Below are positions 38,953 to 42,054 of a stretch of DNA of 42,054 nt, one piece after another. The DNA is from Promethearchaeia archaeon (GTDB taxonomy: Archaea; Asgardarchaeota; Lokiarchaeia; Sigyniarchaeales; SOKP01). The position numbers and the translations under genes are program-made. Below the pieces are notes generated by a model. It made no database searches, was not told where the DNA came from, and was given only the letters and a program-made list of their open reading frames with translations. The DNA is taken from positions 1 to 42,054 of the forward strand of contig JAWOCD010000109.1 of NCBI GenBank assembly GCA_046483985.1. Direction: 5' to 3'. Numbering within the stretch: position 1 is the stretch's first letter; the number at the start of each line of letters is the position of its first letter.

Positions 38953-39586
38953 CGGCGTTCCGGATTATCTTTTGGAAAATCCTTTCCTTTAGTGATTTCG
39001 CTTTATGGCCTAATGCGCAGAAAAAGACTCTCCCCCTATTATAGGTTTTAGTCCACATAATAGGTTCTAATTCGGGATCTTCCGGATCGTGGTAATCCGC
39101 CTTCGCGAGTACATGAATATCTCCTCCCATAGAAAAATCGTGACGGTAGGGTTCATCATAAAATTGAAAGTCCTCCAGATCTCTCGTAATCGGGTGATCC
39201 TTATCTACAATATGCACATCAAAGGTTGTTTTGCTCTTATGATCAACAAATCGTCCCCCCAACATTTCATAGTATTTCGGATGTTCTTTAAAGGATGCTG
39301 ATGCTCCATGAAGTCCGACAAATCCGTTTTGAGAGACAAAATCGAGTACATTCTTTTCTTGGGTTTCGGTAAATTCCCCCCATTGACTAAAAAAGATGGT
39401 CGTGTCGTATTTATCAATAAAATCCCTTGTGCTAAACACTTCCACATCCTTGTACATATCAACAATATATTCATCCAAGATTTTCTTAAAATATCGATGG
39501 GTACGCTTCTTGAAGAAATAACGGCCCCCTTGGTATAATAAGATTTTTTTTTGTGCGGTCATAGTAATTACGAAAAAATAAGGCAA
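38915..39586 (-). CDS. ThuA-like (class I glutamine amidotransferase fold) protein
   Basis: GFVGLHGA, GGRFVDH, HPIT, DEPY, GRVFFCALGH. The start may be ATG at 39562. Confidence 0.85.
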   Translation of the reverse strand: MPYFFVITMTAQKKILLYQGGRYFFKKRTHRYFKKILDEYIVDMYKDVEVFSTRDFIDKYDTTIFFSQWGEFTETQEKNVLDFVSQNGFVGLHGASASFKEHPKYYEMLGGRFVDHKSKTTFDVHIVDKDHPITRDLEDFQFYDEPYRHDFSMGGDIHVLAKADYHDPEDPELEPIMWTKTYNRGRVFFCALGHKAKSLKERIFQKIIRNAVEWVFEGNSEGN

Positions 39587-39620
39587 ATTCCTTTAATTAC
39601 TTTTAGAATATAATTAAATA

Positions 39621-40994
39621 ATGAGCAATCATAGAAATAAACCCGACTTTCATCCCTTTACCTATCGGACAATAGAAGATTTGGAAGAAGAAATAGACAA
39701 ATACAATTTAGATATTCCATTAGAAAGATGTGTGGACGTTTTAAAAACCACATATAAACTTAATAAGATAACTTTTCCCAATCGTTTGGCAATTCAACCG
39801 ATGGAAGGGTTTGATGCAACTGAGAAAGGGACTCCGACAGATTTAACAAGAAGAAGATATCTCCGGTATGCAAATGGGGGTGTTGGGTTAATCTGGTTTG
39901 AAGCCACTGCTATTACCGATCAATGCAAATCAAATCCACACCAATTAATGTTACATCAGCAGAATATATCCGATTTTCAAGAATTAGTCCAAGAAGTTAG
40001 AACCACATGTAATAATAAATTAGTATCCTTAGGTTTCGAACCCAACTGCAAACTCATCCTTCAATTAAATCATTCTGGCAGATATACAAAAAGAGAGGGA
40101 AAAAAATTTCCGATAAGGGCCTGCCATAATAAAGAGCTCGATAAAGCAATTCATGCCTCAAAAGATCAAGGGAAAATTATCACAGATGCAGAACTGGAAG
40201 AAATAGAAGAGATATGGGTTGAAAAGGCGCGATTAGCCAAACAATCTGGCTTTGACGGGGTAGACATTAAGGCTTGTCACGGATACTTAATCGGAGAACT
40301 ATTAGGAGCACGGAAACGAAAAGATTCCAAGTATGGAGGAGCTGATCTAAAAAATCGTTCGAGAGTACTAATAAATATAATAAGGAAATTATCAGCCATG
40401 GAAAAAAAGGGTTCTAAGTTTTTAATTACGAGCCGGTTAGGCATTTATGATGGTATTCCCTATCCCTATGGTTTTGGTGTGAAAGCATCGAGAGGAGAAA
40501 CCTATCCAGCGCCTTATGATCTTTCGGAATCAATAGAATTAATAAACACACTCCATGAGCATGGTGTCCAATTAATTAATATATCCACTGGAAATCCCCA
40601 TTATAAACCGTTCATTACTCGACCGTATGACACACCTGTGAAAGGAGGGGGACTCCCCACGGAACATCCTTTATATACGCTTAATCGTAATTATAGGCTG
40701 GCTTCGAAGGTGAAAAGAGAAGCCCCCTCAGAGATGTGTATTTTGGGTTCTTCTTACTCCTACTTTCGGCAATTTGCCGGATATGTGGTATCGGGGCTCA
40801 TTAAGAGTGAGAAAGTGGATATGTGCGGATTCGGAAGAATGGCGTTTGCAAATCCCTCATTCCCAGAGCAATTATTTACTGTGGGGAAAATCGATAAAAA
40901 GAAGACATGTATCACGTGTTCAAAGTGCTCTCAATTCATGATAGAAGGGAAAAAGACCGGGTGCGCGATCAGAGACCCGTTATATAAAAACTGA
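39621..40994 (+). CDS. NADH:flavin oxidoreductase (old yellow enzyme family)
   Basis: NRLAIQPMEG, QLNHSGR, GFDGVDIKACHGYL, C-terminal CITCSKC...C. Confidence 0.93.
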   Translation: MSNHRNKPDFHPFTYRTIEDLEEEIDKYNLDIPLERCVDVLKTTYKLNKITFPNRLAIQPMEGFDATEKGTPTDLTRRRYLRYANGGVGLIWFEATAITDQCKSNPHQLMLHQQNISDFQELVQEVRTTCNNKLVSLGFEPNCKLILQLNHSGRYTKREGKKFPIRACHNKELDKAIHASKDQGKIITDAELEEIEEIWVEKARLAKQSGFDGVDIKACHGYLIGELLGARKRKDSKYGGADLKNRSRVLINIIRKLSAMEKKGSKFLITSRLGIYDGIPYPYGFGVKASRGETYPAPYDLSESIELINTLHEHGVQLINISTGNPHYKPFITRPYDTPVKGGGLPTEHPLYTLNRNYRLASKVKREAPSEMCILGSSYSYFRQFAGYVVSGLIKSEKVDMCGFGRMAFANPSFPEQLFTVGKIDKKKTCITCSKCSQFMIEGKKTGCAIRDPLYKN

Positions 40995-40999
40995 AAAGA

Positions 41000-41059
41000 T
41001 TGAAGTCTCCCCGCCCTAAAGGACGGGGATTCCTACGAGTCCACTAAGCGTTAGCTGGT
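41000..41059 (-). mobile_element. 60-bp IS200/IS605 right-end fragment
   Basis: Identical to 41607-41666; lies between convergent genes. Confidence 0.9.
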
Positions 41060-41073
41060 CATTGTCTAATTTT

Positions 41074-41526
41074 TTAATTTTTCTCATTGTCATTTTTCGG
41101 GCGTATTAAGGCAATATGAATGGTCACGGCCATTGCAATGATAAGTAACAGATATTTTACCCATTGAATTTCAATTAAAAAGAAGATCGTAAGCAACATG
41201 GTTACCCATAGTAACGTGATAGTAAATATTTTTATTTTAAGGGGCATCCCCGTCCCTTCCCTGTAATTTCTAATATACGCTCCGAGAACTTTGTTATTTA
41301 TCAGCCATTTATAGAACTTTTCAGAACTCCGCGCAAAACAACCAGCTGAAAGTAAAAGAAATGGGGTGGTAGGGAGAATTGGGACGATTATTCCTATAGA
41401 TCCTAAGATTAAAGAAATGAATCCTGTTATTAAGTATAGTTTTTTGACGAGAGGACTCAAATCTTTTTGAGAATTTTTTTCTGTAACTATTTTCTCATCC
41501 GATTTCTCTTTTAATTCTCTTTTCAT
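41074..41526 (-). CDS. YbaN/DUF454 membrane protein
   Basis: GIIVPILPTTPFLLLSAGCFARSS. Confidence 0.92.
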   Translation of the reverse strand: MKRELKEKSDEKIVTEKNSQKDLSPLVKKLYLITGFISLILGSIGIIVPILPTTPFLLLSAGCFARSSEKFYKWLINNKVLGAYIRNYREGTGMPLKIKIFTITLLWVTMLLTIFFLIEIQWVKYLLLIIAMAVTIHIALIRPKNDNEKN

Positions 41527-41606
41527 TAATTTTTATATTAACTCTTATTTTTTAAAAATTCTTCCATTATAATGAATAATTAGAGTAAGGAGAAATCGCA
41601 TTTTTA

Positions 41607-42054
41607 TTGAAGTCTCCCCGCCCTAAAGGACGGGGATTCCTACGAGTCCACTAAGCGTTAGCTGGTGGGCATATCTTAGGGCTGTGTGTCGTAGAAAATC
41701 CGTTCCATTGCTTTAGGAAGGATTCCTCCTTCAAAGAGGGTTGATGCGATAGGTCAGCAGATGTGAGAAACTTTACCATAATATTAACAGCGGAATTTAA
41801 GTCTCTATCCATCTTATGACCACATTCACAACTAATATCACGCTCGGACAAATCAAGTTTCGCCCTTCTTCCACATTTTGCACAAGTCCGTGTGGTATAA
41901 GACTCGTCAATTCTTATTACTCTTTTACCTATTTTTTCTGCCTTATAGGTTAAGAATTGGACAAATCTCCCCAATGAACCCGTGTTTTGTAGTGAGTGGT
42001 TAAGTGTTTTGTTGGCTTTGTTTTGTCTGGGTGATTTTGTAGTTTTTTTCTTCC
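41607..42054 (-). mobile_element. IS200/IS605-family element, right part (tnpB 3' end + right end/omegaRNA region)
   Basis: tnpB is followed by a subterminal hairpin and TTCAA at 41611-41607; the element runs off the window. Confidence 0.92.
41651..42054 (-). CDS. tnpB: TnpB RNA-guided endonuclease, C-terminal part
   Basis: Frame is open from the window edge. LTYKAE, YTTRTCAKCG...CECG zinc ribbon, DRDLNSAVNI RuvC-III. Confidence 0.95.
   Translation of the reverse strand, partial: KKKTTKSPRQNKANKTLNHSLQNTGSLGRFVQFLTYKAEKIGKRVIRIDESYTTRTCAKCGRRAKLDLSERDISCECGHKMDRDLNSAVNIMVKFLTSADLSHQPSLKEESFLKQWNGFSTTHSPKICPPANA

Noticed and set aside
41061-41070. attgtctaat shared with the IS remnant near 33556
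   Set aside because: A 10-bp AT-rich match is expected by chance.
22148-41700. Dispersed identical palindromic repeats read as a CRISPR array
   Set aside because: Copies are hundreds of bp to kilobases apart, vary in length and match the tnpB element end. No cas genes are present.

Overview
AT-rich archaeal DNA, most likely from an Asgard archaeon (Lokiarchaeia-like). The evidence is an IPGY-TM-basic 'Loki-CTERM'-type tail, two Rab-like GTPases, a roadblock-like gene next to a longin-like/small-GTPase fusion, eukaryote-like ubiquitin E1 and E2 enzymes, and an intron-containing tRNA. Other genes are metabolic or housekeeping (sat/cysC, lysC, argF', AcuC/HDAC, Xaa-Pro peptidase, OYE, Gfo/Idh/MocA, MFS, S8 protease, VapBC, MntA). 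Five observations stand out. (1) A tnpB-bearing IS200/IS605 element sits at the right edge. Four further 100%-identical fragments (26-94 bp) keep only its right end/omegaRNA 3' part; all are co-oriented, all end at the same TTCAA, and each is truncated at a different 5' point. Two diverged right ends lie on the other strand. (2) A 1665-aa rod-like protein with 14 MIT/TPR-like modules is transcribed divergently from tandem Rab-like GTPases. (3) The tRNA-Tyr(GTA) has two introns. (4) A decayed ~85%-identical copy of the sat active-site segment sits exactly where a hepT toxin gene is truncated. (5) E1 and E2 carry unusual insertions. All calls come from reading motifs by eye; no database searches were run.
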